Origin: a virus
Virus record (IMG/VR): IMGVR_UViG_3300020039_000041
Reading direction: 5' to 3' (one strand)
DNA: 39,768 nucleotides
Both the position numbers and the translations under genes were made by a program. The notes below the pieces were generated by a model that did not search any database, was not told the origin of the DNA, and worked only from the letters and a program-made list of their open reading frames with translations. Below, piece by piece: positions 8,579 through 18,386 of the stretch (its first letter is position 1; the number at the start of each line of letters is the position of its first letter).

Positions 8579-11473
8579 ATGGCACAGGATACAATAACAA
8601 AGGTCGTCCACATCGAAACCAATTACGCCGACGCGGTCCGAGGTATTGAGGAATACGAAAAGGCCCTCCTCGACGTGAAAGAGGCCGAACAGGACGTACA
8701 AAAACAATTCGAGGACGGGGAAATCACCCTCGAACAACGGAACCGTTCGTTAATCGCCCTCCGGGAAACCGAGAAAGAGTATAAACGCGGTATCCGGGAA
8801 CTCTCGAAAGAGATTCAAAATAACATCAAACAGGAAAACGAACAAGAGGGTTCCCTCCGGTCCCTCCGGGCGGCGTTGTCGAACGTGACAAAGGAATACG
8901 ACGCGTTGTCCCGGGAACAACGTAACGGGGAGGCCGGGGAGAAAAAACGCGCCGAAATCCTCGCAATCACAAACGAACTCAAGACCGCCGAGGAGGAAAC
9001 GCAAAGGTTTTACCGGAACGTCGGCAATTACCCCGCCGCCGTCGAACCCCTCAAAAACCAACTCCGGGAACTCGTCGAGAAATTAACCGCAATGAAATTC
9101 GCCGGACAAGAGAACACCGCCGAATTTCAAGAGTTGTCCGCAAAGGCCGCCCAAATGAAAGACGCAATTGCGGACGTCAACCAACAAATAACCGCCGGGT
9201 CCTCGGATACGGCCTCGTTGGACTCAATGATTGCGTCGACACAATCCCTCCTCGGTATGTGGACGCAATACTCGGTTATTGCAAATCAACTCGGGTTCGA
9301 GAATAAGGAATTGAACGAAACGTTCAAGGTTATAACAATAACCCTCGGGACCCTCACGGCGTTACAAAAGGTTGTCAATATGTTGCAATCGCAATCAATC
9401 GTAATGCAAACCGTCAACGCCGCCCGAACCAAATTACAGGCAAAGGCAAACGCAATGAACGCCGCCGCCCTCACCGGGGAGGCCGCCGCGACCGGGGCCG
9501 CGACGATTGCGACCCGGTTGTTCAACGCCGCGTTAAAGGCGAACCCGATTGTTTTAATTGTGTCCCTCATTCTCGGGGCCGTGTCCGCCGTTTACGGCCT
9601 CGTCAAGGCGTTTAACCTGTTCGGTAAGTCGCAAGAAAAGGCCCGCGAGAATTTCAAGAAAGAGGGCGAGGAACTCGACAAACTCGCGAAAAAGTACGAC
9701 GAACACCTCGACAAATTAAAGGCCCTCGGCAAGTCCGACGAGGAAATCACGAATCAACGGTTAATCCTCCTCCGGGATTTGTCGAATAAGCAAAACGCAC
9801 ATTTCGAGGAGGCCGCGAAACTGTACAAAAAGGACAAGGACGAATACAAGGACGCCCTCGAGTCGAAAAAGACCGCCGAGGAGAATTACCAATCCGCGTT
9901 GAACGACACCGCAAACCACCTCCGGGAGGTTGTGTCGTCGTACCGGGACGACATCCTCAAAAAGGCAATCGGCGAGGTTGAGTATGCGACAATCAAGGCG
10001 AACGCGAATTTCGCCGAACAGGTCAAACAATTAAAACTCCTCCGGTCCGAGGGTGTTATCACCGCAAACGAAATGTTAGTCTTGCAAATGAATTTGGAGG
10101 CCGCCCGGGACAAGCAAATCGCCGACGCGAGGAAATCGGCCGGGTCCTCGGCGAGGAAACGCCGGGAGGAACGCGCAAAGGCGGAACTCGACGCCGTACG
10201 CGCCGCGACCGACGCCGAAATCGCCCTTATCCGGGACGCCGGGGAACGGGAACTCGCCGAGGAAAACGAACGGTACGCCCGGCAAATTGCCGACCTACAA
10301 AAACGCCTCGACACGGAAAAGAATTTGACCGCGACCGCCCGGGCCGCGATTGAAAAACAAATCGCCCTCGCCGAGGAACAACACAACCGGAACCTCGAAC
10401 GCCTCGACCGGGAGGCGTGGGACCGCCGTTGTAAGACCGCGCAACAGGAAATCGCCCTCCGCCTTGCGGCCGTCAAAGAGGGAACCGAGGCCGAATACGA
10501 CCTCCGGTTACAGGAACTCCAAATCCAAGAGGCGAACGAATTACACGCCGTCGGCGTTACCGAGGAACAAAAGCAACTAATCCGGGAAAAGTACGCAAGG
10601 CAAACCGCCGACCTCAACGCCGAATATACGAACCTCGCAATTGAAAGGACCCGGGAGGCCCTCCGCCTCGATTACGAGAACCGTATAAACGAACTCGCGA
10701 TTCAAGGCGAAAACACCCTCGCCCTCGAGGTGGAAATGAAACAAAAGGAATTGGAAACGTTACAACAACTCGAGGGTGAATCCGACGCCGCGTTCAAGGC
10801 CCGCCAACTCGCCGCGCAAAAGGAATACGTCGACGCAAAAAAGGCCCTCGCGGATTACGAGGTTGAAATCGAACAAGCGAAATTCGAATCAATGGCAACC
10901 GTCACCGGGGCGTTGTCGGGCCTGTTCGAGGAAATCGGGGAGGAGAACGAGGGAATCGCCCAATTCGCAAAAATGCTCGCCCTCGCCGAAATCGCAATTA
11001 ACACCGGAAAGGCAATCGCGGCCGGAACCGCCCAAGCAATGTCCGTTCCGTACCCGGCGAACCTCGTTGCGATTGCGACGACCGTTGCAACCGTCCTCGC
11101 GAACATAACCTCCGCGATTAAGACCGTCAAGGGCGCGAAAATCCCGTCCGCGCCCGGATTCTCCCGGGGCGGTTCCGTCACCGGGCCGGGGACCACGACG
11201 TCCGATTCCGTCCCGGCGAGGTTGTCCTCCGGGGAGTCGGTCAACAATGCGTTGTCGACATCCTTGTTTGCGCCCCTATACTCCGCCCTCAACCAATTGG
11301 GAGGAGGCGTACCAATACAGGCCGGGACCGCCGCGACACAGGTTGCCGGGGAGGAAATGCTCGCCCGGGCCGTCGCCCGGGGCGTGTCGGCCCTCAACCT
11401 CCGGGTCGGCGTCGACGAAATCCGCCGCGTCGAATCCCGCGTGTCCGTTGTGGAAACCCTCGGGGACGTATAA
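8579..11473 (+). CDS. Tape measure protein
   Basis: 964 aa. Long E/K/A-rich coiled coils are interrupted by hydrophobic Ala/Gly-rich segments (PIVLIVSLILGAVSAVYGLV; LVAIATTVATVLANITSAI). Confidence 0.8.
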   Translation: MAQDTITKVVHIETNYADAVRGIEEYEKALLDVKEAEQDVQKQFEDGEITLEQRNRSLIALRETEKEYKRGIRELSKEIQNNIKQENEQEGSLRSLRAALSNVTKEYDALSREQRNGEAGEKKRAEILAITNELKTAEEETQRFYRNVGNYPAAVEPLKNQLRELVEKLTAMKFAGQENTAEFQELSAKAAQMKDAIADVNQQITAGSSDTASLDSMIASTQSLLGMWTQYSVIANQLGFENKELNETFKVITITLGTLTALQKVVNMLQSQSIVMQTVNAARTKLQAKANAMNAAALTGEAAATGAATIATRLFNAALKANPIVLIVSLILGAVSAVYGLVKAFNLFGKSQEKARENFKKEGEELDKLAKKYDEHLDKLKALGKSDEEITNQRLILLRDLSNKQNAHFEEAAKLYKKDKDEYKDALESKKTAEENYQSALNDTANHLREVVSSYRDDILKKAIGEVEYATIKANANFAEQVKQLKLLRSEGVITANEMLVLQMNLEAARDKQIADARKSAGSSARKRREERAKAELDAVRAATDAEIALIRDAGERELAEENERYARQIADLQKRLDTEKNLTATARAAIEKQIALAEEQHNRNLERLDREAWDRRCKTAQQEIALRLAAVKEGTEAEYDLRLQELQIQEANELHAVGVTEEQKQLIREKYARQTADLNAEYTNLAIERTREALRLDYENRINELAIQGENTLALEVEMKQKELETLQQLEGESDAAFKARQLAAQKEYVDAKKALADYEVEIEQAKFESMATVTGALSGLFEEIGEENEGIAQFAKMLALAEIAINTGKAIAAGTAQAMSVPYPANLVAIATTVATVLANITSAIKTVKGAKIPSAPGFSRGGSVTGPGTTTSDSVPARLSSGESVNNALSTSLFAPLYSALNQLGGGVPIQAGTAATQVAGEEMLARAVARGVSALNLRVGVDEIRRVESRVSVVETLGDV

Positions 11474-11485
11474 CACCGACCGCGT

Positions 11486-11728
11486 ATGAAAAAGACCGTT
11501 TACGAACTAATCAAGGCGAACGCCGAGGTCCTCCGGGAATTAACCTCGGCGGGCGTCGCGATTGAGGATTACAAGAATATCGAGTTGTACGAGGATTTCG
11601 TCCGCCTCCGGTCCGAGGGCCTAAAAACGGCGTACGTCGTCGATTATTGTTGTCGGCAATACCAATTATCGGAACGGTCCGTTTGGCGCGTTGTACGGCG
11701 GTTTAGGTCGCAAATACCGGGCGATTAG
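11486..11728 (+). CDS. Mor-family-like transcriptional activator (putative late activator)
   Basis: 80 aa. ELYEDFVRLRSEGLKTAYVVDYCCRQYQLSERSVWRVVRRF fits the Mor/C pattern (Y-e-F ... G ... Y-lS-r-iyrIvrr). Lies immediately upstream of late promoter P2. Confidence 0.5.
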   Translation: MKKTVYELIKANAEVLRELTSAGVAIEDYKNIELYEDFVRLRSEGLKTAYVVDYCCRQYQLSERSVWRVVRRFRSQIPGD

Positions 11729-11761
11729 TGACAAACCGTTGTCAGTCGATTTTTACTCCGG

Positions 11762-11795
11762 GGTGTGTATTTCGTACACATTTGTTTATATCTTT
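11762..11795 (+). promoter_or_regulatory. Late promoter P2: dyad GGTGTGTATTTCGTACACA followed by a TATCTTTG -7 box
   Basis: 19 of 20 nt are identical to the P1 dyad. The -7 box is at 11788-11795 and the protease ATG at 11825. The dyad-to-ATG spacing is 63 nt here and 64 nt at P1. Confidence 0.6.
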
Positions 11796-11824
11796 GCAAC
11801 GTTAACAGTTAACAACACTCAAAA

Positions 11825-13039
11825 ATGGCAATTCTCAAAATTTACAACCCAATTGTTGCGGACGAGGAACGACTCGACCTCCTGTGGTTTTGCGGAATTG
11901 ACGGTGTGTCCTTTTCATCGGTCGACGAATTCATCCAATCAGTCCCGGCCGAGGACGATACAATCGACCTCCGGATTCATTGTCCGGGAGGCGACGTCAC
12001 CGAGGGTTGGGCGATTACGGACAAACTCCGGGCGACCGGGAAAACGATAATCGCGACAATCGAGGGACAATGCGCGTCAATGGCAACAATCATCCTTTGC
12101 GCCGCGTCGGTTCGCCGGGCCGCCCCTCACGCCTCGTTACTCATTCACGACCCCTACATTCCCGAGTACACCCTCGCGGGCGCGTACCACGCCGAGGACC
12201 TCGAACGTATCGCCGCCGACCTCAAGGTCGAACGCGAGAAAATGTTGTCCTTTTACGTGGAACGTACCGGGGCCGACCGCGACGTCCTCGACGCCCAAAT
12301 GAACGCGGGAACCTATTTCGGACCGGAAAAGGCCCTCGAACTCGGGTTCATTCACGAAATAACCGCGCCGAAATCGGCCGAGGCAATCGGCGAACGCCGT
12401 ATGACGGCGGAGGAATGGAACGCACATAATCCCAAAAACCAAAATAATATGTCAAAAGAAACCAAAAAGTCCGCAATCGCAACCGCGTTCGCGGCCCTCG
12501 CAAAGGCCCTCGGCCTCAACGCCGAGGTTAAAGAGGAAAAGGTCGCGTACGACCTCAACACCGCCGACGGCGGAACAATCACAATCGACAAGCCGGAGGG
12601 CGAGGACCCCGCCGTCGGCGACTCCGCCTCCCCGGACGGTGAGCACAAAATGCCCGACGGAAAGACAATCGTTGTCGAGGACGGTGTAATTACCGAAATC
12701 CGCGACGCCGAGGACAATTCCGGCGACAATGACGACGACGATAACGACGACGACGAAACCGCAAAGGCCCTCGCCGACGCAAACAATCGTATCGCCGAAC
12801 TCGAGGCCGAACTTGCAACGGCAAAGGCCGCCGCAAAGACCCCCGAGGACCTCGAAATCCTCAACCTCGTAACCGTCGCGGGCGGTATTAAGTGGTTGAA
12901 ATCCGCAAAATCCAACTACAAACCCGCCGCCGGAAACAAGGAACCCGGCAAGAAAGGCGGCAAAGAGGGCGAGGTCAAGGAATCCCTCGTCGCAAAACGC
13001 CTCCGCGCCCTCGAGGAAAAGAACAAGGGCGGCGAATAA
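11825..13039 (+). CDS. Prohead serine protease (ClpP/S14 family) fused to a scaffold-like C-terminal domain
   Basis: 404 aa. ClpP-like motifs are HCPGGDVTEGWAI, QCASMATIIL (Ser) and LLIHDP (His). The C-terminal half is an acidic, Ala/Lys-rich coiled coil (DNDDDDNDDDE, AELEAELATAKAAAK). Confidence 0.85.
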   Translation: MAILKIYNPIVADEERLDLLWFCGIDGVSFSSVDEFIQSVPAEDDTIDLRIHCPGGDVTEGWAITDKLRATGKTIIATIEGQCASMATIILCAASVRRAAPHASLLIHDPYIPEYTLAGAYHAEDLERIAADLKVEREKMLSFYVERTGADRDVLDAQMNAGTYFGPEKALELGFIHEITAPKSAEAIGERRMTAEEWNAHNPKNQNNMSKETKKSAIATAFAALAKALGLNAEVKEEKVAYDLNTADGGTITIDKPEGEDPAVGDSASPDGEHKMPDGKTIVVEDGVITEIRDAEDNSGDNDDDDNDDDETAKALADANNRIAELEAELATAKAAAKTPEDLEILNLVTVAGGIKWLKSAKSNYKPAAGNKEPGKKGGKEGEVKESLVAKRLRALEEKNKGGE

Positions 13040-13086
13040 TCGACCGCAAGACAAAGAAAATCATTAACAATTAAACAATTACAATT

Positions 13087-14169
13087 ATGGCCTCAACAGG
13101 ACTCAATTTTTCAAACCTCACCCCCGACAACGGGGCGGTTAAGGACCTCCGGAAACTTATTTTCCTCGCCGTCCTCGGTGCCGACCAAATCGGCGCACTC
13201 GTAAACGTCCTCCCCAAGCAGAAACACGGCGAAAAGGTCGGTTTCGTTGGTGAGTTCGGCCTTATCGGTAAGGCATCAACCAAATGTAACCCGGTGTTCG
13301 ACAACGACATTATGTCGACCTCCGAAAAGACGTGGGACATCCCCGAGTGGGAGGTCGCCGAAAAGATTTGTTACGCCGACCTCGAGGGAACCCTCGCACA
13401 GGTAGCAATGAAAACCGGAACGGACATCGCCGACCTCACGGGTTCCGACTACGTCGACCATATCGTTATGCCTCGACTCGAACTCGCAATCCGTAAAATG
13501 TTACTCCGTTTCGTGTGGTTCGGTGACAAGGCCGCAAAGGTAGTCGCCGACGGCGGTATCCTCAAACCCGGAACCGACGTTTCCAAGTTCACCGTTACGG
13601 ACGGACTGTGGAAACGCCTGTTCGCAATCGTCGCCGCCGACAACGCCCGTCACACCACAATCGCCGCGAACTCGGAAACCTCGTGGGCCGCACAAAAGGC
13701 CGCAATGAAAGTCGCCGGAGTTGCAACGGGTGTTATGGACGCCCTCATTGAGGACGCGCCCCTCGTACTCCGTCAGCAACCCAACGGTGTAATTTATATT
13801 ACACAGGCGTTCAAGGACGCCCTCGACCGCGACATCAAGCAGAACAACAAAGGTTCCGAAATGCAGTGGGAATCCCTGTTCGACGGTATCAAAAAGGGAA
13901 CGTACAACGGAATTACCGTTATCGCCGTTCCTTTTTGGGACGAAATCATACAGGGTTACGAGGCAACCGCAAACTCCGGGCAGTACAACAAGCCGTACCG
14001 CGCGATTTACACCGTCAAGGACAACCTCCTCGCGGGTGTTGAATCCGAGTCCGAACTCGCCGACATCGCAATTTGGTTCAACCGTGACGAACAGTTGAAC
14101 AAGATTCACGCAAAGGACAAAATCGGAACCCTCGTTGCACAGGACGACCTCGTACAGGTTGGTTACTAA
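13087..14169 (+). CDS. Major capsid protein (putative, HK97-fold class)
   Basis: 360 aa, directly after the protease/scaffold gene. Codon usage shifts (CAG is used more), as expected for a highly expressed gene. A strong terminator follows. Confidence 0.7.
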   Translation: MASTGLNFSNLTPDNGAVKDLRKLIFLAVLGADQIGALVNVLPKQKHGEKVGFVGEFGLIGKASTKCNPVFDNDIMSTSEKTWDIPEWEVAEKICYADLEGTLAQVAMKTGTDIADLTGSDYVDHIVMPRLELAIRKMLLRFVWFGDKAAKVVADGGILKPGTDVSKFTVTDGLWKRLFAIVAADNARHTTIAANSETSWAAQKAAMKVAGVATGVMDALIEDAPLVLRQQPNGVIYITQAFKDALDRDIKQNNKGSEMQWESLFDGIKKGTYNGITVIAVPFWDEIIQGYEATANSGQYNKPYRAIYTVKDNLLAGVESESELADIAIWFNRDEQLNKIHAKDKIGTLVAQDDLVQVGY

Positions 14170-14189
14170 ACCCGAACCGTGTATCATCC

Positions 14190-14216
14190 GGGGCGGCGGA
14201 ACCGCCGCCCCTTTTT
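14190..14216 (+). terminator. Rho-independent terminator after the capsid gene
   Basis: The arms ggggcggcgg and ccgccgcccc are perfectly complementary, and ttttt follows. Confidence 0.8.
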
Positions 14217-14242
14217 CGTAAACAATCAAAATTTCAATCAAT

Positions 14243-14848
14243 ATGTCAACTTGCGACAATTTCATCAAAAAGGCAATCGAACGCAATTGCGACGAACCGT
14301 TTGTTCCCGGCCTCGAACTCGTCGGTTACATCGGCAACAGGGCGCAAATTGATTTCGCGAACGTCGAATTCGTACAGGGTTCAAAGAACGAAATTTCCGC
14401 CCTCCCTCTCGTCGCCGGGGCGCACATTTTCCCCGTCTATCAGACCGGGAAAAAACCGTTCTCCGGCTCGACAAAGACCCTCAACACGTCCGACCTCGGC
14501 GGTTATGTAACCAACCGAGTACAGTTTATTATCCTCGACAACTCCCCGGAGGTTTCCGCGAACATCGTTGACCCTATCCTCGACGGTGAATTCTTTTTCA
14601 TACAGGAAAACCGCGCAAAACACCTCAAGGACGCAACCAACGCCGGAAACTCCGCGTTCGAAATCAAGGGATTTTATCAAGGTTTGACCCTCGCGGAGGG
14701 TTCCCTCGACCCCTATTCCGACGACGCCAACGGCGGTTGGTCCGTTGCCCTCGAGGAGGAGAAATCCCCGACCTCGGGCCTGTTCCTCAACGCGGGTACA
14801 TACGCCGCAACAAAGACCCTCATTAACACCCTCGTAAACGGCGAGTAA
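14243..14848 (+). CDS. Virion structural protein, function unassigned
   Basis: 201-aa ORF between the capsid and putative portal genes. No motif recognised. Confidence 0.55.
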   Translation: MSTCDNFIKKAIERNCDEPFVPGLELVGYIGNRAQIDFANVEFVQGSKNEISALPLVAGAHIFPVYQTGKKPFSGSTKTLNTSDLGGYVTNRVQFIILDNSPEVSANIVDPILDGEFFFIQENRAKHLKDATNAGNSAFEIKGFYQGLTLAEGSLDPYSDDANGGWSVALEEEKSPTSGLFLNAGTYAATKTLINTLVNGE

Positions 14849-14857
14849 TTCCCGGGT

Positions 14858-15694
14858 ATGAATTACGAGGAAATCAAACGTCGCGTTTCGGCGTGGGGGA
14901 TTCAATCCGAATTCTCCACGTCCGAAAAGGCGGCGATTGAGGAAATATATTTCGCGGTGTTCGGGCGTTCGATTCCCAATTGTAATTGTCCGAATCGACA
15001 CCGGGACGCCGTTATCGAATTACGCATATTCATAAAAAATCATTCGACAATGGAAAAGAAAAAATACGTCCTCAAGGCCGGGGTTGTTATTCAGCCGTCC
15101 GGAACCTCCGAGGTGTACACAAACGACAACCTCACCGACGCCGTCGCGGAACAGTTCCTCAAGGAACGCCCCGGGGCGCGTGGATTGTTTGAGGTAATAC
15201 CGGAACCCGGCGACGCCGGGAAAGGCCCGGAGAACGAAAAAGAGGCCGCAACAACGGCCGAAAACGACGCCCTCCGCGCCGAGGTTGAATCCCTCAAGGC
15301 CGAAAACGAGTCCCTCAAGGTTGAACTCGCCAAAATGACGGAATACCGCAACCGCGCCGTTGCGGACCTCGACAAGATTATCAAGGTCGCCGAGGCGGGC
15401 GGTTTCAAAATCGACCTTTCCGGCGAGGCCGCAAAGGTAACGACCGAGAAACCCGCCGAACAGGAACCCGAACAGGAACCCGAACAGGAACCCGAACAGG
15501 AATCCGAAAAGGCCGCCGCCGAGAAACCCGGACTCAATCCGGAAATCCTCGCCGCAATCAAGGCCCGCCTCGAGGCCGGGGACACAAAGTCCGCAATCGT
15601 TAAGGATTACGTCGGAATGGAGGTTGACGGAAAACCCCTCACCGAATACGGGGTTAAAAAGTATATCGCCGCCGCAACCGTTCCGGCCGAATAA
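14858..15694 (+). CDS. Hypothetical coiled-coil protein with an EQEP tandem repeat
   Basis: 278 aa. Contains the coiled coil AENDALRAEVESLKAENESLKVELAKM followed by (EQEP)x4. Confidence 0.6.
   Translation: MNYEEIKRRVSAWGIQSEFSTSEKAAIEEIYFAVFGRSIPNCNCPNRHRDAVIELRIFIKNHSTMEKKKYVLKAGVVIQPSGTSEVYTNDNLTDAVAEQFLKERPGARGLFEVIPEPGDAGKGPENEKEAATTAENDALRAEVESLKAENESLKVELAKMTEYRNRAVADLDKIIKVAEAGGFKIDLSGEAAKVTTEKPAEQEPEQEPEQEPEQESEKAAAEKPGLNPEILAAIKARLEAGDTKSAIVKDYVGMEVDGKPLTEYGVKKYIAAATVPAE
15458..15505 (+). repeat. 12-bp tandem repeat, 4 copies (gaacaggaaccc)
   Basis: Three exact copies and one variant (gaacaggaatcc), encoding EQEPEQEPEQEPEQES. Confidence 0.85.
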
Positions 15695-15706
15695 ACCTCC
15701 GACAAA

Positions 15707-16918
15707 ATGAACATCAAAAACACCAAAAAACCCGAAACGCGAATCGACGTACGGTATCTTTCCTCCCTCGGAATCAAGACGTACGGCGCGGACAACCTGT
15801 ATCCGCAAGAATTACACGACATCGTGTCGGCGTCGTCTTGCGGCCGTACCTGTTTGGAACGCCGTATAACTTACATTGAGGGGAACGGCCTTGCGTCGCA
15901 ATCGTTGTCCGATTTCATTTGTAACACGGGCGGGGAAACGGTGGACGACGTTCATTCCCTTTTGTCGGCGGATTGCGGCGAATACGAGGGTATCGCAATA
16001 CACGTCAATTATAATATCGCCGGAAACATCGTTTCCCTCGCGCAAATGCCGTTCGAGTGTGTACGCCTCGAGGAGGAGGACGAACACGGGATTATTTCAC
16101 ACGTTATTTTCCACCCCGATTGGAGGGGGAAAAAGACCCGGAACGGAAAGTCCGTCAAGGTCGACAAACAGTCAATCGAAATTTTCCCCGTATTCAATCC
16201 GGACCCCGAAATCGTACAGGCCCAAATCGTCGCGGCCGGGGGAATCGAGTTTTACAAGGGACAAGTCTTGTATATTTCCCGGGCCGGACGCCTCCGGTAT
16301 CCAATCCCGGCGTACGACACCGTTTTAACGGATATGTCGACCGACGAGGGATTGTCGAACGTTTCCAACCGTAACGTACGAAACAATTTCCTCGCGGGTG
16401 GTATCCTTTGGGTCAAGAGGGGGCAAATGCGCCCCCTCCCTCCCGAGGGTTCCGAGGTATTCGACGGAAAGGACCAACCCGAAAACAACGGGGATTTCGA
16501 CGAGTTTATCGAAAGTATCGAGTCGTTGCAAGGCGACACGAATTCGTGTAAAATCGCCGTTTGCGAGGGCGAGGTCGACGAGGAGAAACCCGAGTTCATT
16601 TCCTTTGCGCCGAAAAACTTTGACAAGGAATTCGACTCGACGAACAAATCGGTCGTCGAAAAGATATACGCCGCGTTCAATCAAGAAATGTTCGCACGAC
16701 TCCGGACGGGTTCGATTGGATTCTCCGGGGACCTCGCAAACGACGTGAAAAAGGAATATTGCGAACAGGTCACGAAATACCAACGTATGTTGACCCGCGC
16801 GTACAACCTTATTTTCTCGCATTGGGAACCCGACGACCTCCTCCCGTTCAACGGGCCGGACGACATTAAGATTGAACCCCTCGTTAAATCAGTAACCCAA
16901 AACCCCGACGCGGAATGA
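15707..16918 (+). CDS. Putative portal protein
   Basis: 403 aa. It is the largest otherwise unassigned head-module ORF and has an acidic segment. The call rests on size and position only. Confidence 0.4.
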   Translation: MNIKNTKKPETRIDVRYLSSLGIKTYGADNLYPQELHDIVSASSCGRTCLERRITYIEGNGLASQSLSDFICNTGGETVDDVHSLLSADCGEYEGIAIHVNYNIAGNIVSLAQMPFECVRLEEEDEHGIISHVIFHPDWRGKKTRNGKSVKVDKQSIEIFPVFNPDPEIVQAQIVAAGGIEFYKGQVLYISRAGRLRYPIPAYDTVLTDMSTDEGLSNVSNRNVRNNFLAGGILWVKRGQMRPLPPEGSEVFDGKDQPENNGDFDEFIESIESLQGDTNSCKIAVCEGEVDEEKPEFISFAPKNFDKEFDSTNKSVVEKIYAAFNQEMFARLRTGSIGFSGDLANDVKKEYCEQVTKYQRMLTRAYNLIFSHWEPDDLLPFNGPDDIKIEPLVKSVTQNPDAE

Positions 16919-17433
16919 TTACGGAACACTACAAACCAATTATAACCCCGGACGACATCCGCCGCCTCGCGCGACCTTGCGACGTGGACCGGGAAATCGC
17001 GGAACGGGCAATCGAGGAGGCAACCCTCCTCGATATTAAACCCAAACTCGGCGAGGCCCTGTTCGTTCGTTTGGTTGACGACGTGAAATATTCCCGCCTG
17101 TTCGAGGGCGGGGATTACACCGACCACGACGGCAACGTCCACGTGTTCGCCGGATTGCGTCGCGCCCTCGCTTATTACAGTTGGGGACGCCTCGTCAAGA
17201 CGGCAACGAACCATTTAACCCGGTTCGGGTATGTGAACAAAAACGACGATTACTCCCACGGAACCGAACTCAAGGAACGCGAGGTCGCGTATCGCGACGC
17301 GTTCTCGGTCGCCGACGGTTATATTCAAGAGTGTTTCGTGTATATGTCACATTTCCCCGAAATTTTCCCGGATTACAAGGGAAACGGACGCCTCAAGTCG
17401 TACCGGACCCGGACAAAGATAATCGGAAAATAA
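16915..17433 (+). CDS. Hypothetical protein (possible head-tail connector)
   Basis: 172 aa. ATGA-coupled to the upstream ORF. Assigned by position only. Confidence 0.5.
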   Translation: MITEHYKPIITPDDIRRLARPCDVDREIAERAIEEATLLDIKPKLGEALFVRLVDDVKYSRLFEGGDYTDHDGNVHVFAGLRRALAYYSWGRLVKTATNHLTRFGYVNKNDDYSHGTELKEREVAYRDAFSVADGYIQECFVYMSHFPEIFPDYKGNGRLKSYRTRTKIIGK

Positions 17434-17445
17434 ACACTCTCGAAT

Positions 17446-18360
17446 ATGAAAGTAAATCCCAAAATCGGCGGACTATTAACCGCCCTTTTCACCTCCTCCG
17501 GGTCGACGATTGAGTTGTCCTCAATCGAAAAGGCGACCCTCTATTTTGTAACGCCGGATTACCGCCTCGTCGCGGCCGAAATGGAAAAGGACGAAACCCT
17601 CGAAAAGTTCGTCGCCCGCCTTTCGGAAACCGCCCTCCCGGTCGGTAATTTCCGCGTGTTCGCGGTTGTCGATTTGACCGACGACGGCGGGTCCCTCATA
17701 ACCCCCGTTGTTAACGCGTTCGACGTGTCGGTCCGAATCGGGTTCACAATCTCGGATTTCGTGTTCCCGACCTCGGAATTATCCTCGACCGTCCGCGAGG
17801 CGTTCGACGCCGACAAACTCCCCGTAACCAACGTTGACGGCGCGTTACTCGTTTGGGACGCCGCCTCCGGGAGTTACATTCAGTCCGGAACGAAACTCGC
17901 GTTCGTATTGCCGGACGACATCCTTTCCCCGTCCGACCTCGAGTCGGTCGTCCTCGGACTCCTCCACACGGACGCCGCCGTTACCGAGGCGACGGCCGCC
18001 GCAACCGAGGCCGCCGAACGCGCGAACGAGGCCGCCGACGCCGCCTCCGGAATCGTTGACGACGTGGACGGACACATCGACGAACGCGTTTCCGTTCTCG
18101 CCCACGCCGAGGACACCCTCGCCGAGGGACAAAAGACCCTCGCGGAACGAATCGACGGTATCGTGTCCGGTGAAACCCTCGTCGAATCCCTCAACGTCCG
18201 CAAACTCGGCGTTTGGGGTGAAAATAACCTCATTATCGTTGCGACCAACGCCCCGGACCGCAAACCCGACCGCGCCGGGCAATTTTGGATTGACAAGGCG
18301 AACAACGCCGTTTACAAGTCCACCGGGAACAACGGTATTGACGATTGGAAAACGGTATAA
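17446..18360 (+). CDS. Fibre protein 1 (Ala-rich stalk and conserved C-terminal knob)
   Basis: 304 aa. The stalk is AATEATAAATEAAERANEAADAASG. The C-terminus, ...LNVRKLGVWGENNLIIVATNAPDRKPDRAGQFWIDKANNAVYKSTGNNGIDDWKTV, is paralogous to the next gene. Confidence 0.6.
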   Translation: MKVNPKIGGLLTALFTSSGSTIELSSIEKATLYFVTPDYRLVAAEMEKDETLEKFVARLSETALPVGNFRVFAVVDLTDDGGSLITPVVNAFDVSVRIGFTISDFVFPTSELSSTVREAFDADKLPVTNVDGALLVWDAASGSYIQSGTKLAFVLPDDILSPSDLESVVLGLLHTDAAVTEATAAATEAAERANEAADAASGIVDDVDGHIDERVSVLAHAEDTLAEGQKTLAERIDGIVSGETLVESLNVRKLGVWGENNLIIVATNAPDRKPDRAGQFWIDKANNAVYKSTGNNGIDDWKTV

Positions 18361-18386
18361 CAGGCAAAACCAAAATTCAATATACA

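Noticed and set aside
15458-15505. Short tandem repeats considered as a possible CRISPR array (also the Ala-codon repeats at 18900-19180)
   Set aside because: The units are 12 bp, contiguous without spacers and in frame within coding sequence. No array of 25-40-bp repeats with spacers exists anywhere in the window.
18345-18386. TTG-initiated N-terminal extensions in the ORF track (18345, and likewise 29948 and 31369)
   Set aside because: In each case an ATG 6-42 nt downstream gives a tighter fit to the preceding gene's stop and a more plausible N-terminus. The extensions overlap the upstream gene or intergenic signals.
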